From contig NC_017262.1 of NCBI RefSeq assembly GCF_000175255.2, positions 1,830,001 to 1,862,000 of the forward strand: a stretch of DNA of 32,000 bases, given 5' to 3'. Numbering within the stretch: the first letter of the stretch is position 1; every line of letters begins with the position of its first letter. The notes beneath the pieces were generated by a model that did not search any database, had not been told where the DNA came from, and worked only from the letters and a program-made list of their open reading frames with translations. The translations under genes were made by a program, and so were the position numbers. This document shows, piece by piece, positions 1 to 9,371 of this stretch. Origin of the DNA: Zymomonas mobilis subsp. mobilis ATCC 10988. GTDB lineage: Bacteria > Pseudomonadota > Alphaproteobacteria > Sphingomonadales > Sphingomonadaceae.

Positions 1-1625
1 GCGGGAATAACGGCCATGGTCATCGCATGATTAAAACCGGCAGGCTTCATGATTGGGTCAAGGGCTGCCGCCACCCGTCCGGCAATAGAATATTCACTTT
101 GCGGCACGCCTTCCGGCGCACGCGGAAAGGCCAAAACAGCCCATAAAGCGACCGATACCGTCAAAATGATCGTGCCAGCGCGCTTTAAAAAGATCATCGC
201 TCTTTGCCATAATCCTAACATAATATCGCGCAAGATCGGCATTTGGTAACGCGGCATTTCGATCAGAAACAGGCCGGATTTGCCTTTAGCGAGGGTATAG
301 CGGAAAATCAAAGCCACCAGCATAGCGGCAACAATACCCGCAACATACAGCAAGAACATTACCAAGCCTTGCAAGCCAATCTTCAAACCGATTTCCTTAT
401 CAGGCACAAAAGCACCAATAAGAACACTATAGACAGGAAGACGCGCAGAGCAGGTCATCAAAGGCGCGATCAAAATCGTCGTTAAACGGCTTTTCGGGTC
501 TTCGATCGAACGGGTCGCCATAATGCCGGGAATGGCACAGGCAAAAGAGGATAACAGCGGAATAAAGGCACGGCCAGTCAAGCCCACTTTTGCCATCAAT
601 CTGTCCATCAAGAAGGCTGCCCGCACCATATAGCCGGAACCTTCCAAAAGCAGGATAAACAAAAACAGGATTAAAATCTGGGGCAAAAAGACCAGAACGG
701 AGCCGACACCGGCAATCACCCCATCGACAATCAAGGAACGGATCAGACCTTCTGGCAGTAACGGCCTGATATAGGCCTCAAAAGCCGTGAATCCGTCTTC
801 AATCCAACCAATCGGGGTTTGCGACCAAGCAAAAACCGCCTGAAACATAAAAAACATCAGGCCAGCCAGAATGATCGGGCCCAAAATTGGATGCAAAACA
901 ATATCATCGATTTTCTGCGTCCAACCCTTGGGCTTGTGAACGACCTTGGTGACTTCCTTGGTCAGACGTTGGGCTTCCGGTTGGTAAGAAGAAATATCTT
1001 TTAAAACCGGCGCTCCACTCGCGGCCAAGACGGCGGCGGCTTCGCTCTTGTCGGAAGGTTGTTCGGCCATCTGATCGACCAGATGGGCAACTTCCTGTTT
1101 GACTTCTTCAATACCGCGCCGTCTGACCGCTACCGTTGGGATAACCTTGGCGCCCAGCTTTTCAGACAACAGATTGATATCAATCTTCAAACCATCACGC
1201 TCGGCCATATCGACCATGTTCAGCGCGAAAACAGTTGGAATCTTCAAGCTCAATAGCTGCAAGGCAAAACGCAAATGAAGCCCAAGATTGGTTGCATCCA
1301 AAACGACAAGCAAGATATCCGGTATTTTTTCATTCGGCATCTGGCCGAATAAAACATCACGGGTCACCCGTTCATCGGCACTTCCGGGATCAAGACTATA
1401 GGTGCCGGGCAAATCGACCACTTCAACAGGGCGACCATCCGGCAAAGCCATGTGGCCATATTTTCGTTCAACCGTCACCCCGGGATAATTGCCGACCTTC
1501 TGATGCGCGCCGGTCAAGGCGTTGAATAAGGCAGATTTCCCCGTATTCGGATTGCCAACCATGGCAATCAAAGGGTTGTGGTTGTCAATAGAGGGGGGCG
1601 AATTATCTTCGCAATGTCCGTTCAT
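1..1625 (-). CDS. feoB: Ferrous iron transporter FeoB, first ~541 codons; the 3' end lies beyond position 1
   Basis: Absent from the ORF track because there is no stop inside the window. My manual reverse-strand translation from the ATG at 1625-1623 stays open to position 1. It reads MNGHCEDNSPPSIDNHNPLIAMVGNPNTGKSALFNALTG...VVDLPGTYSL...ALNMVDMAE, which gives the G1/G3/G4 motifs of the FeoB GTPase domain, followed by hydrophobic permease segments (LFLFILLLEGSGYM...). The start is 5 nt after the feoA stop. Confidence 0.9.
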   Translation of the reverse strand, partial: MNGHCEDNSPPSIDNHNPLIAMVGNPNTGKSALFNALTGAHQKVGNYPGVTVERKYGHMALPDGRPVEVVDLPGTYSLDPGSADERVTRDVLFGQMPNEKIPDILLVVLDATNLGLHLRFALQLLSLKIPTVFALNMVDMAERDGLKIDINLLSEKLGAKVIPTVAVRRRGIEEVKQEVAHLVDQMAEQPSDKSEAAAVLAASGAPVLKDISSYQPEAQRLTKEVTKVVHKPKGWTQKIDDIVLHPILGPIILAGLMFFMFQAVFAWSQTPIGWIEDGFTAFEAYIRPLLPEGLIRSLIVDGVIAGVGSVLVFLPQILILFLFILLLEGSGYMVRAAFLMDRLMAKVGLTGRAFIPLLSSFACAIPGIMATRSIEDPKSRLTTILIAPLMTCSARLPVYSVLIGAFVPDKEIGLKIGLQGLVMFLLYVAGIVAAMLVALIFRYTLAKGKSGLFLIEMPRYQMPILRDIMLGLWQRAMIFLKRAGTIILTVSVALWAVLAFPRAPEGVPQSEYSIAGRVAAALDPIMKPAGFNHAMTMAVIP

Positions 1626-1630
1626 GGAAG

Positions 1631-1933
1631 TCAGGCCTGTCCTACAGTTGATCGGGAAGAGGACGCTTTTTCCGAAAGGGCTGGTTCCGGTGCGGCATCA
1701 GGGTCTTTAACAGAAATAACCGAAGCCTCTTGCTGTCGAATAGCAATCAATATTCTATCAACTCGACAGGCAATCGGGTCACGACTGATCGGGGCAAAAT
1801 GCTGTAATTCGACTTCGGCACCTTTATGAAAACCCAAATCCCGCAAACGGCGTCCGATTTCTGGGGGTAACGCAGACCAATCGATATCCGTGATAACCGT
1901 TGCTTTCTTTAATGGCATCTCATTAAGGCGCAT
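1631..1933 (-). CDS. feoA: FeoA family ferrous iron transport protein A
   Basis: Track ORF 1631..1951 begins at a TTG. The in-frame ATG at 1933 has AGGA 8 nt upstream. MRLNEMPLKKATVITDI...RRLRDLGFHKGAEVELQHFAPISRDPIACRVDRILIAIRQQEASVISV fits the small FeoA domain, and the gene sits immediately upstream of feoB. It carries a ~25-aa Ala/Pro/Ser C-terminal tail. Confidence 0.85.
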   Translation of the reverse strand: MRLNEMPLKKATVITDIDWSALPPEIGRRLRDLGFHKGAEVELQHFAPISRDPIACRVDRILIAIRQQEASVISVKDPDAAPEPALSEKASSSRSTVGQA

Positions 1934-2069
1934 AGTTATTATCCTGTTCAAACCAGATTATGTTCTGTTCTTTCGCTCTTTATTAACGCCAAAACCATAA
2001 TCCAAAAGTCATTCTCTTTATCTATAATGACAATATCCGATATAAGACATGCCTTGTCATAAATGGGCG

Positions 2070-2088
2070 GATAATGCAACTGCTTATC
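2070..2088. promoter_or_regulatory. Candidate Fur box in the feoA-dnaE divergent region
   Basis: GATAATGCAACTGCTTATC matches 13/19 positions of the classical GATAATGATAATCATTATC consensus by my count, with symmetric GATAA/TTATC arms. It lies ~140 bp upstream of feoA. A weaker half-site TATAATGACAAT is at 2023-2034. The AT-rich context makes chance matches likely. Confidence 0.3.
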
Positions 2089-2286
2089 AATATAATGTAA
2101 TATTATAACATAACAATGTTAGGTAAATCTGGCTTCACAAAGTTACTTTCTTTTACGAGGAAAGATTTTCATCAAACCCCGTTCTTTGCTATTCAAATCA
2201 AAATATTTCCATATAAAAAATACGGTTGAAAACTGTTCTTAGGACAGGCACCACCTTATTTTGTCTTTTTAGCCTTGGGTCACTCT

Positions 2287-5200
2287 ATGCCTTATACTCC
2301 CTTCGTTCCGTTACGGATTTTTTCCGGTTTTACCATGTTGGAAGGAGCGATCGAGCCAAAAGACATCACCCAACATGCCAAAAAAATGGGTTTTCCGGCG
2401 GCGGGTATTTGTGATCGTAACGGCCTTTATGGCGTGATGACTTTTTCCGACAGCGGGAAAAAAGACGGGGTTCAGCCGATCATCGGCAGTCTGCTTGCCG
2501 TCGCTCGTCCGCTGCGTGGCGGGGAAGCCAGTGGGCAGGAATTAAAAATAGATTGGCTGTCGCTCTATGCACAGGATGAAGACGGCTATAACAATCTTTG
2601 TGCCTTGGTATCCCATGCCCATCTTGGCCGTCCGCTCGAATTGCCGCCCCATGTCTCGATGGAATTTCTGGAACAGCATAGTCAGGGGCTTCTCGCGCTT
2701 ACGGGGGGTAAAGAAGGCGCTTTGGCACGCTTAATGGCGGAAGAACAGCAAAGCGAAGCCGAAGCCTATCTGACCCTTTTACAAAAAATATTTCCCGATC
2801 GTTTGTATATCGAGCTTTCCCGCCGTTCCGAAGAAATCGAGGAAGCCGCCGAAGAGGGGCTGATCGACTTGGCTTATGATCGGGATATTCCGTTAGTTGC
2901 CACTAACCCAGTGTGTTTTTTGGAAGCCGATTTTCATCCTGCCCATGATGCGATGCTCTGCATTGCTGATTCCGCTTATGTGGACAGCCCTGATCGGCGG
3001 CATAGTTCTCCCGAAGCATGGATGAAATCCGGCGAAGAAATGGCGCGGTTATTTGAAGATATACCAGAGGCCATTCAAAACAGCTTGGTGGTCGCGCAAC
3101 GCTGCGCGGTTGCGGCTCCAGTCCGCAAACCGATTTTGCCCAGCCTTGCCGGTGACCGCGAAGGCGAAACCCTGATGCTTCGGAAAGATGCTTGGGCAGG
3201 GCTAGAAGCACGATTGGCGGCTATGACGACGCCCGTCGATCGCAAAGCCTATGAAGAACGGCTGCAATATGAATTAAATATCATCGAAAATATGGGATTT
3301 CCGGGTTACTTCTTGATCGTTGCCGATTTTATCAAATGGGCAAAAAGTAACCAGATCCCTGTCGGACCCGGACGCGGTTCTGGTGCCGGATCGGTTGTCG
3401 CATGGGCATTGACGATTACCAATCTTGACCCTTTGCGGTTGGGCTTGCTGTTTGAACGTTTTTTGAATCCAGAACGTGTGTCTATGCCGGATTTCGATAT
3501 CGATTTCTGCGAAACGCGGCGCTCCGAAGTAATCAGCTATGTCCAGCATAAATATGGCCTCGACCATGTGGCACAGATCATCACCTTTGGACGGATGAAG
3601 GCGCGCGCCGTTTTGAAAGATACGGGCCGCGTTTTACAAATGAGCTATGGACAGGTGGATCGTCTGGCTAAATTGGTGCCCAGTCAGGCCAGTGATCCTT
3701 GGACATTGGACAGGGCATTAAACGGCGTGCCTGAAATCGCCTCGGCTTATGAAAATGAAGAAGATGTCCATCGCCTTCTTGATCTCGCGATGAAGCTCGA
3801 AGGTCTGCCGCGTCACAGCTCAACCCATGCCGCAGGGGTGGTCATCGGGGACAGGCCGTTACATCAATTAGTGCCCCTTTATCGCGATCCGCGTTCTGAT
3901 TTTCCGGTGACGCAATTCGATATGAAATATGTCGAAAAAACCGGATTGGTGAAATTCGACTTTTTGGGGTTAAAAACCCTCTCGGTGCTGAACAAAGCGG
4001 TTCAAATGCTGAAAGCGCGCGGGGTAGAAGTTGACCTCGATCATATCCCCTTGGATGATGAAGCCGTTTTTGAATTGCTGAAACAGGGTGACACTGTCGG
4101 GGTGTTCCAGTTGGAATCCGAAGGGATGCGCCGCACGCTTGCTGCGGTGAAGCCGACCCGTTTTGAAGACATCATCGCCCTTGTTGCGCTCTATCGTCCG
4201 GGGCCTATGGATAACATCCCCAGCTTTGGCGCGCGTAAAAATGGTGGCGAAGAGATTGTCTATCCCCATCCTCTGCTCGAACCTGTTTTGAAAGAAACCT
4301 ATGGTATCATCGTTTACCAAGAACAGGTGATGCAGGCCGCGCAGGTTTTGGCCGGTTACTCCCTTGGGGAAGCCGATCTGTTGCGGCGCGCCATGGGTAA
4401 GAAGATTCAATCAGAAATGGACGCGCAACGCTCGCGTTTTGTCGAAGGCAGTAAAAAACACGATATTACAGAAAATCAAGCGAACCAACTTTTCGACTTG
4501 ATTGATAAATTCGCGGGCTATGGCTTCAATAAAAGCCACGCTGCCGCCTATGCCCTTGTTGCGTATCAAACCGCATGGCTAAAAGCCCATTACCGCGCCG
4601 AATTTTATGCCGCCGCGATGTGCTTCGATATGGCTTTGACCGACAAATTACAGGTCTTTGTTGATGATATGCGCCGCTCTGGTTTGCGCTATCTCCCGCC
4701 TGATATCAATCGCAGCCAATCCGATTTTACGGTGGAAGATGGCTGCGTTCGCTATGCCCTTGGTGCTTTGAAGGGGGTAGGTGAAAAGGCGATGGATGAT
4801 ATCTGTCAGGAACGTGAAAAGAACGGCGCGTTTAAAAGCCTTGATGATTTTGCCAATCGCATCAATCCCGAACATCTTAACCGGCGGCAATTGGAAAGTC
4901 TTGCTTCCGCTGGTGCCTTTGACTCTCTTGGGGTGGATCGCTGCGCTGTCAAACAGAGCAGCGAAATGATCATTGGCACGGCGGCTAATATCCACCGTAT
5001 GCGGAAAAGCGGGCAGGGTGGCCTTTTCGGTATGGAAGAAATGGCGATGCCTTCCATCAAATTACCGGAAGACAAAATATGGAGCCTGACCGAACGGATG
5101 AATGCCGAAAAGGAAGCCTTCGGTTTCTTCTTCTCTTCGCATCCGATCGACAATTACCGCTCTCTGCTTTCCGGCTTACGGATCAGAAGCCGCGCTGATA

Positions 5201-5811
5201 TTAACCGTCTGGCACCGCCTTCCTATCCACAAGATGATGAAAATCCACAAGATTATCGTAAAAAACGGATCGCGACCCAAATGGCGGCGATGATCGAAGA
5301 TGTCCGCTGGCGGGATTCTGCTCGTGGGCGGCGCTATATGATGGTCGCAGCTTCGGACGCTTCCGGCCAATTTTTTGCCAGTTGCTTTGATGAAAAAGCG
5401 ACCAAAGACTTGGAACAGGCGGCCAAGGAAAAAGCCTGCGTTCTCATGGATGTCGAATTGGATTGGCGACCGGGCGACGAAGCTCCCCGTGTCTCTATCC
5501 GTGCCATTCAGCTTTGCGAAAATTTAGCCCCCTCTGTCCGCCTGAAAATGACGGTCGCAACAGGCGAAGCCGAAGCCCTACCAGCCCTATCGGAATTGGT
5601 TAATCGCTATCGCGGCGGGCAAGGGGAATTATATATCCGCGCGCTTTTGCCTGATGGCGCTTCCACCGATTTTCTGGTTGGTCGCCATTATATCCTAAGC
5701 GCCGAATTAAAAGCCAAAATCAAACGCCTGTCCGGCATCCAAGCTGTCGATCTCAAATCTTTTGTCGAAGAAAAACAGGCCAACAGCCAAAAACAGCCCG
5801 CCTATGCCTAA
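2287..5811 (+). CDS. dnaE: DNA polymerase III alpha subunit
   Basis: Track ORF 2275..5811 starts at a TTG; the first ATG is 2287 (MPYTPFVPLRIFSGFTMLEGAI, the PHP domain N-terminus). Core motifs are GPGRGSGAGSVVAWAL, FDFLGLKTLS, GVFQLES, ALYRPGPM and GFNKSHAAAYA. Length is ~1174 aa, typical for DnaE. Confidence 0.97.
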   Translation: MPYTPFVPLRIFSGFTMLEGAIEPKDITQHAKKMGFPAAGICDRNGLYGVMTFSDSGKKDGVQPIIGSLLAVARPLRGGEASGQELKIDWLSLYAQDEDGYNNLCALVSHAHLGRPLELPPHVSMEFLEQHSQGLLALTGGKEGALARLMAEEQQSEAEAYLTLLQKIFPDRLYIELSRRSEEIEEAAEEGLIDLAYDRDIPLVATNPVCFLEADFHPAHDAMLCIADSAYVDSPDRRHSSPEAWMKSGEEMARLFEDIPEAIQNSLVVAQRCAVAAPVRKPILPSLAGDREGETLMLRKDAWAGLEARLAAMTTPVDRKAYEERLQYELNIIENMGFPGYFLIVADFIKWAKSNQIPVGPGRGSGAGSVVAWALTITNLDPLRLGLLFERFLNPERVSMPDFDIDFCETRRSEVISYVQHKYGLDHVAQIITFGRMKARAVLKDTGRVLQMSYGQVDRLAKLVPSQASDPWTLDRALNGVPEIASAYENEEDVHRLLDLAMKLEGLPRHSSTHAAGVVIGDRPLHQLVPLYRDPRSDFPVTQFDMKYVEKTGLVKFDFLGLKTLSVLNKAVQMLKARGVEVDLDHIPLDDEAVFELLKQGDTVGVFQLESEGMRRTLAAVKPTRFEDIIALVALYRPGPMDNIPSFGARKNGGEEIVYPHPLLEPVLKETYGIIVYQEQVMQAAQVLAGYSLGEADLLRRAMGKKIQSEMDAQRSRFVEGSKKHDITENQANQLFDLIDKFAGYGFNKSHAAAYALVAYQTAWLKAHYRAEFYAAAMCFDMALTDKLQVFVDDMRRSGLRYLPPDINRSQSDFTVEDGCVRYALGALKGVGEKAMDDICQEREKNGAFKSLDDFANRINPEHLNRRQLESLASAGAFDSLGVDRCAVKQSSEMIIGTAANIHRMRKSGQGGLFGMEEMAMPSIKLPEDKIWSLTERMNAEKEAFGFFFSSHPIDNYRSLLSGLRIRSRADINRLAPPSYPQDDENPQDYRKKRIATQMAAMIEDVRWRDSARGRRYMMVAASDASGQFFASCFDEKATKDLEQAAKEKACVLMDVELDWRPGDEAPRVSIRAIQLCENLAPSVRLKMTVATGEAEALPALSELVNRYRGGQGELYIRALLPDGASTDFLVGRHYILSAELKAKIKRLSGIQAVDLKSFVEEKQANSQKQPAYA

Positions 5812-5827
5812 AGGTTATGCGGCAATC

Positions 5828-5870
5828 AAAAAAAAAGCCTCTCACAGTGGGAAACACTGCGACAAAAGGC
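5828..5870 (-). terminator. Rho-independent terminator oriented for a minus-strand transcript (no annotated minus-strand gene upstream)
   Basis: Read on the minus strand: GCCU-UUUG-UCGCAGUG-UUUCC-CACUGUGA-G-AGGC followed by nine U (plus-strand A9 at 5828-5836). This gives an 8-bp inner stem (one G.U) plus a 4-bp outer stem. On the plus strand no T-run follows the hairpin, so it is a poor dnaE terminator. Confidence 0.6.
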
Positions 5871-6410
5871 GGTGCCACGAAAAGCCATGTCGCGGGGTAA
5901 AACCTCACATCATGACTTAAAGATAGGCATTTTAACCCCGTCTTATCGGGGATTTATTGTCACCCTGCTGTCATTTTCAGAAGCCTATTCATAAAGACGA
6001 TAAAATTATAAGGAAGATAAAAAAATCTTTTACCTCTTTTGAATACTTGCCTCTCCTATAGGGGGCATGGTCATCACATTTCAGCTATTTTATTCTTTCT
6101 CGCCACAAGACTATTTAAAGCCTGCCATGTAAGGCCTTTTATCTAGGTTTCGCTGCCAAAAATTTTATACATTTTTGAAGCGATAATTTGAAATCGCATT
6201 TTTGGGGACAAAGATAGAATAGGTTGAGACTCAACAAACGAGGAATAAAAAATTTTAGTTTTTTCCCCTGACCGAACGATGCCGCCGGTCGCGCTCATCC
6301 CAAAATAATCGGTTATATTGTTATATTTTTAATGGGATACTTTATGTGCCTCGAACAGGCTTCCCTACAAAACTTGTTCTCAATTTATCTCTAAAAATCT
6401 TAAATTATAC

Positions 6411-6431
6411 CCTTTGTCAACAGAACCTAGT
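6411..6431. repeat. Solo 21-bp IS terminal inverted repeat (partner at 6521-6541)
   Basis: CCTTTGTCAACAGAACCTAGT is the reverse complement of 6521-6541 (ACTAGGTTTTGTTGACAAAGG) with one mismatch. The flanks on both sides differ. Confidence 0.7.
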
Positions 6432-6520
6432 GCCGGTTTTATTTCAACGTGGGCCGCTTAGGAACACTTTACGTTCCTTCAAACGCCTTGCCGTCAGCAC
6501 AGTGATCCTTATGCCTTTGA

Positions 6521-7016
6521 ACTAGGTTTTGTTGACAAAGGAAGGCAACCACAATTTTACGGCCGCGAGATGAAGGAAGGCGAGGAAAGATTTTCTGGTT
6601 TTGTCATAGCGTGTGGCAATGCGCCTGAACTGCTTCAGCTTATTAAACATCCAATACAATGACGGTCTTTGTGGCTCTGTCAATTATAAAGAATAGGCTT
6701 TTTTCGATTGGAACGAGGCGGGATAATAGGAAGGATGCCTCGAAAGAGTAGTTTTTCGCGGAACCTATCGCTATCATATCCTTTATCGGCGAGAAAACAG
6801 CGGGGCGTTGTCACAGGGATATCTATCAAGCTATCAGACCCAGAATAATCAGAGACCTCACCACTGGTTAGTATGAAAGCTAGAGGTAGAGAACCGCCAT
6901 CAGAACGGACGCATAAGGCAGATTTTGACCATCCCCTTGTTCCCAATAACTATCCTTTCCGTCGCCATCTCCTTTATCGACTGCTTTGTGAGCAGTGGGG
7001 CGGATGACAAAAGAAT
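6521..7016 (-). mobile_element. 5'-truncated IS5-family insertion sequence remnant (one terminal IR plus a decayed transposase)
   Basis: The terminal IR at 6521-6541 overlaps the transposase stop codon (6522-6524). Homology to IS5-family transposases stops abruptly near 7016, and no second IR is present on that side. Confidence 0.8.
6522..7016 (-). pseudogene. IS5-family (IS427/IS1031-like) DDE transposase pseudogene, with the N-terminal part missing and the frame broken
   Basis: Reverse-strand translation gives FFVIRPTAHKAVDKGDGDGKDSYLGTRGWSKSALCVRSDGGSLPLAFILTSGEVSDYSGSDSLIDIPVTTPRCFLADKGYDSDRFREKLLFRGILPIIPPRSNRKKPILYN-stop (track ORF 6680..6946). After a frame change it continues MFNKLKQFRRIATRYDKTRKSFLAFLHLAAVKLWLPSFVNKT-stop. 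The ADKGYDS and RRIATRYDK motifs are hallmarks of this transposase family. Confidence 0.8.
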
Positions 7017-7210
7017 ACTAATTTAATTAGGGCTATAGTTATGCCCCTAGGCAAGACAATCTCCCAGTAAATTAAAAAAACAGCTTCCCCAGCTTTCAAA
7101 GCGTTCCACAGATTCCGCTGACTTCGATGATGAGCCTTTTCTCAATTTTATAAAAATCGCGGTGTCTCTTTCCTTGAGCCAGCTACTCAAAAAACGCCTA
7201 ACAACACCAA

Positions 7211-7242
7211 AACAGGCCGTCTTTTACACAAGACGACCTGTT
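7211..7242 (-). terminator. Probable terminator of the hdeD-like gene
   Basis: AACAGGCCGTCTT / AAGACGACCTGTT form a 13-bp stem with one mismatch and a 6-nt loop, 30 nt past the stop at 7273. The minus-strand tail is T/G-rich (TTGGTGTTGTT) rather than a clean U-run. Confidence 0.45.
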
Positions 7243-7272
7243 ATATTTAAAACAATTCAGTGTTTTCTAAAT

Positions 7273-7821
7273 CTAAAGGATAATATCCTCTTCTTGTAAG
7301 CGTTTCAGGCGCAAGGCCAGCATTGCCATACCAACGCCTTCACTGACAAAAGCGAAGCCGACGGCCAAACCCAAAAAGGCCAAAGATGTCTTGTCGCTTG
7401 AAAAGAATAGGAACAATGCGATCAAGCTATTCACAATACCCCGTAAAAGCAGCCAATTTCTTTCCGTCACAATACGGAAAGCGATAAAAAGCTGGGTCAA
7501 ACCGACTAACAGCAACCAGCAAGCGATCAGCCAAACGATAGTAAGCGCACTCGCTACCGGATATTCGATCGCAATCACACCGGTGATAAAGGCGATAACA
7601 CCACAGACAATATCGAGCCAATGGCCTCTGATATGACGGCTGCTAAAGCCGGAAATAATCGCGAAAATAGCCGCAACAATCAAAATCCAGCCAAAAAATA
7701 ATCCGCTGGCAATCGACATGGTAAAGGGAAAACAGATAGCGGCAATACCGAAGAGGATTTGGCAGACCGCATAGGCCATTGTCCAACTCCAACTGCGGTT
7801 TTCAGAAAACAGACGTCTCAT
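7273..7821 (-). CDS. HdeD-family (DUF308) acid-resistance-type membrane protein
   Basis: Track ORF 7273..8037 is over-extended. The ATG at 7821 is preceded by GGAGAA. The 182-aa product has six hydrophobic segments and resembles E. coli HdeD as I recall it (CFPF versus SFPF; SSRHIRGHW versus SNRSHNFW). Confidence 0.7.
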   Translation of the reverse strand: MRRLFSENRSWSWTMAYAVCQILFGIAAICFPFTMSIASGLFFGWILIVAAIFAIISGFSSRHIRGHWLDIVCGVIAFITGVIAIEYPVASALTIVWLIACWLLLVGLTQLFIAFRIVTERNWLLLRGIVNSLIALFLFFSSDKTSLAFLGLAVGFAFVSEGVGMAMLALRLKRLQEEDIIL

Positions 7822-8300
7822 TTTTTCTTCTCCGCAGAGATTCGACAAGATTTTCACGCTTAAAACACAGTCGAATAAACGCAGTATAATCCTGCTAGTA
7901 ATAAAGAAAAAAGAGACAGATTGTTCCTGCCCGATGACGAACAGGCTAAAAAAGCCTGACGATTTGATATTCTGTAAGGTTGGTGCTTTATTTACAAGAC
8001 TGGTCTTTAATATCAGGCGTTTTTTAAAAAAACACATGCCTAATTACTCGTTACTTGAGAGTAAGACACCCAGATCTAGCCTAGATGCGGGCTTAGAATC
8101 CGGCTTCCCAATCTGAAGCCAATCAAAAATATCAGGCCGTCCCTGTGATGAAAACTCGGCAAAAAACAAACTAGTCGAACCAAGAAAGCTATAAAATATT
8201 TATAGCAAAGGAATAAATATAAACCCTACAAATAGTCTCAACATTCAAACAGATGAGCAACCGACCAAAAACATAAAAAGCCGGTTGCCCTTCTTTAATT

Positions 8301-8966
8301 TTAAGCCATAACCTGCATCAAAGATGCAAACATGTTATAGCCATCTTTGCCCCCATGGGCATCTTCGATCATTCTTTCAGGATGCGGCATCAAGCCAAGA
8401 ACATTGCCTTTCTTGTTAAGAACACCAGCAATATTGCGGGCAGAACCATTGACGTTTTCGGTATAGCGCAACGCCACCCGATCTTCGTCTTCCAGCTGAT
8501 CCAAAGTCGCCTTATCCGCGGTATAATTCCCGTCATGATGGGCAACCGGCAGATGGATTTTCTGGTTTTTCTTGTAAAGACGCGTGAAAGGCGATGTCGT
8601 GTTCTGAATTTCTAACCCGACATTCCGGCAAATAAAGGACAGACCAGCATTCCGCATCAAAGCACCGGGCAACAAACCCGCTTCGGTCAAGATCTGGAAA
8701 CCGTTACAAATACCGAGAACTGGCACACCACGTTCAGCCTGTTTAATTACCGCAGGCATGACCGCTGAACGGGCAGCCATGGCACCAGATCGCAGATAAT
8801 CCCCATAGGAAAATCCGCCCGGTACAGCGATAAGGTCGAGGTCATCCGGCAATTCGCTTTCCTGATGCCAGACCATAAGAGGCTTGGTGCCACAGATTTT
8901 TTCAATAGCAACAGCCAGATCGCGATCGCAGTTCGACCCCGGAAAGACAAGGACAGCAGCTTTCAT
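8301..8966 (-). CDS. purQ: Phosphoribosylformylglycinamidine synthase subunit PurQ (glutaminase)
   Basis: 221 aa. Motifs: [19 protein letters not shown] (catalytic Cys) and MPHPER. Its ATG overlaps the purS stop (TGATG). Confidence 0.95.
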   Translation of the reverse strand: MKAAVLVFPGSNCDRDLAVAIEKICGTKPLMVWHQESELPDDLDLIAVPGGFSYGDYLRSGAMAARSAVMPAVIKQAERGVPVLGICNGFQILTEAGLLPGALMRNAGLSFICRNVGLEIQNTTSPFTRLYKKNQKIHLPVAHHDGNYTADKATLDQLEDEDRVALRYTENVNGSARNIAGVLNKKGNVLGLMPHPERMIEDAHGGKDGYNMFASLMQVMA

Positions 8967-9199
8967 CAGGCAACCTTCTCGATACGAAAGCTTTCGATGA
9001 CCATATTAGCCAACAGCTTCCGGCACATATCCTCAATCTCCTGATCGGAGACGTTATCACCAAGATCAAGTTCGATTAAGCGGCCAACCCGAACATTATT
9101 CACGCCGGAGAAACCAAGCCGTTCCAATGCGTGATGGATAGCCTTGCCTTGAGGATCGAGAACGCCATTTTTCAGCGTCACATGAACATTAGCTTTCAC
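8966..9199 (-). CDS. purS: Phosphoribosylformylglycinamidine synthase subunit PurS
   Basis: 77 aa, [30 protein letters not shown].... GTG start with GGAGAAGG upstream. Translationally coupled to purQ. Confidence 0.9.
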   Translation of the reverse strand: MKANVHVTLKNGVLDPQGKAIHHALERLGFSGVNNVRVGRLIELDLGDNVSDQEIEDMCRKLLANMVIESFRIEKVA

Positions 9200-9300
9200 T
9201 ACCGCCTTCTCCCTAATCTAATTTGTAACAGGCTTGAAAGCGTTCATAGCCATCCGCCTTTTTTACACAATAGACAGCTAAACTGTCTCATCAAAATTTA

Positions 9301-9338
9301 GCCCTCCTCTAAATTATACCGCTTAAAAAGAGAAGGGC
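9301..9338 (-). terminator. Hairpin between kdsD-like and purS (possible weak terminator or attenuating structure)
   Basis: GCCCTCCTCT ... AGAGAAGGGC form a 10-bp stem with one mismatch and an 18-nt loop. The minus-strand tail is TAAATTTT. The loop contains TATAAT on the minus strand, which could instead be a purS -10 element. Confidence 0.3.
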
Positions 9339-9371
9339 TTGGCAGGATAAAAAACGGCAAGGCTATCCGGT

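Noticed and set aside
2903-5370. Several 60-146-aa ORFs on both strands inside dnaE (for example 3970-4410 minus, 4648-5153 minus)
   Set aside because: They are fully embedded in a confidently called 1174-aa housekeeping gene and have no independent signals.
6224-6236. 13-bp palindrome GTTGAGACTCAAC and small hairpin GCGAT-AATTTGAA-ATCGC (6181-6198) in the dnaE-IS spacer
   Set aside because: They are too short to distinguish from chance, and the hairpin stems are only 5-6 bp.
7822-8037. 72-codon N-terminal extension of the hdeD-like ORF, and the 60-aa plus-strand ORF 7934-8116
   Set aside because: The extension has no homology-like features. The ATG at 7821 has a GGAGAA SD and gives the expected ~180-aa six-TM protein. 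The plus-strand ORF has no RBS or motifs.
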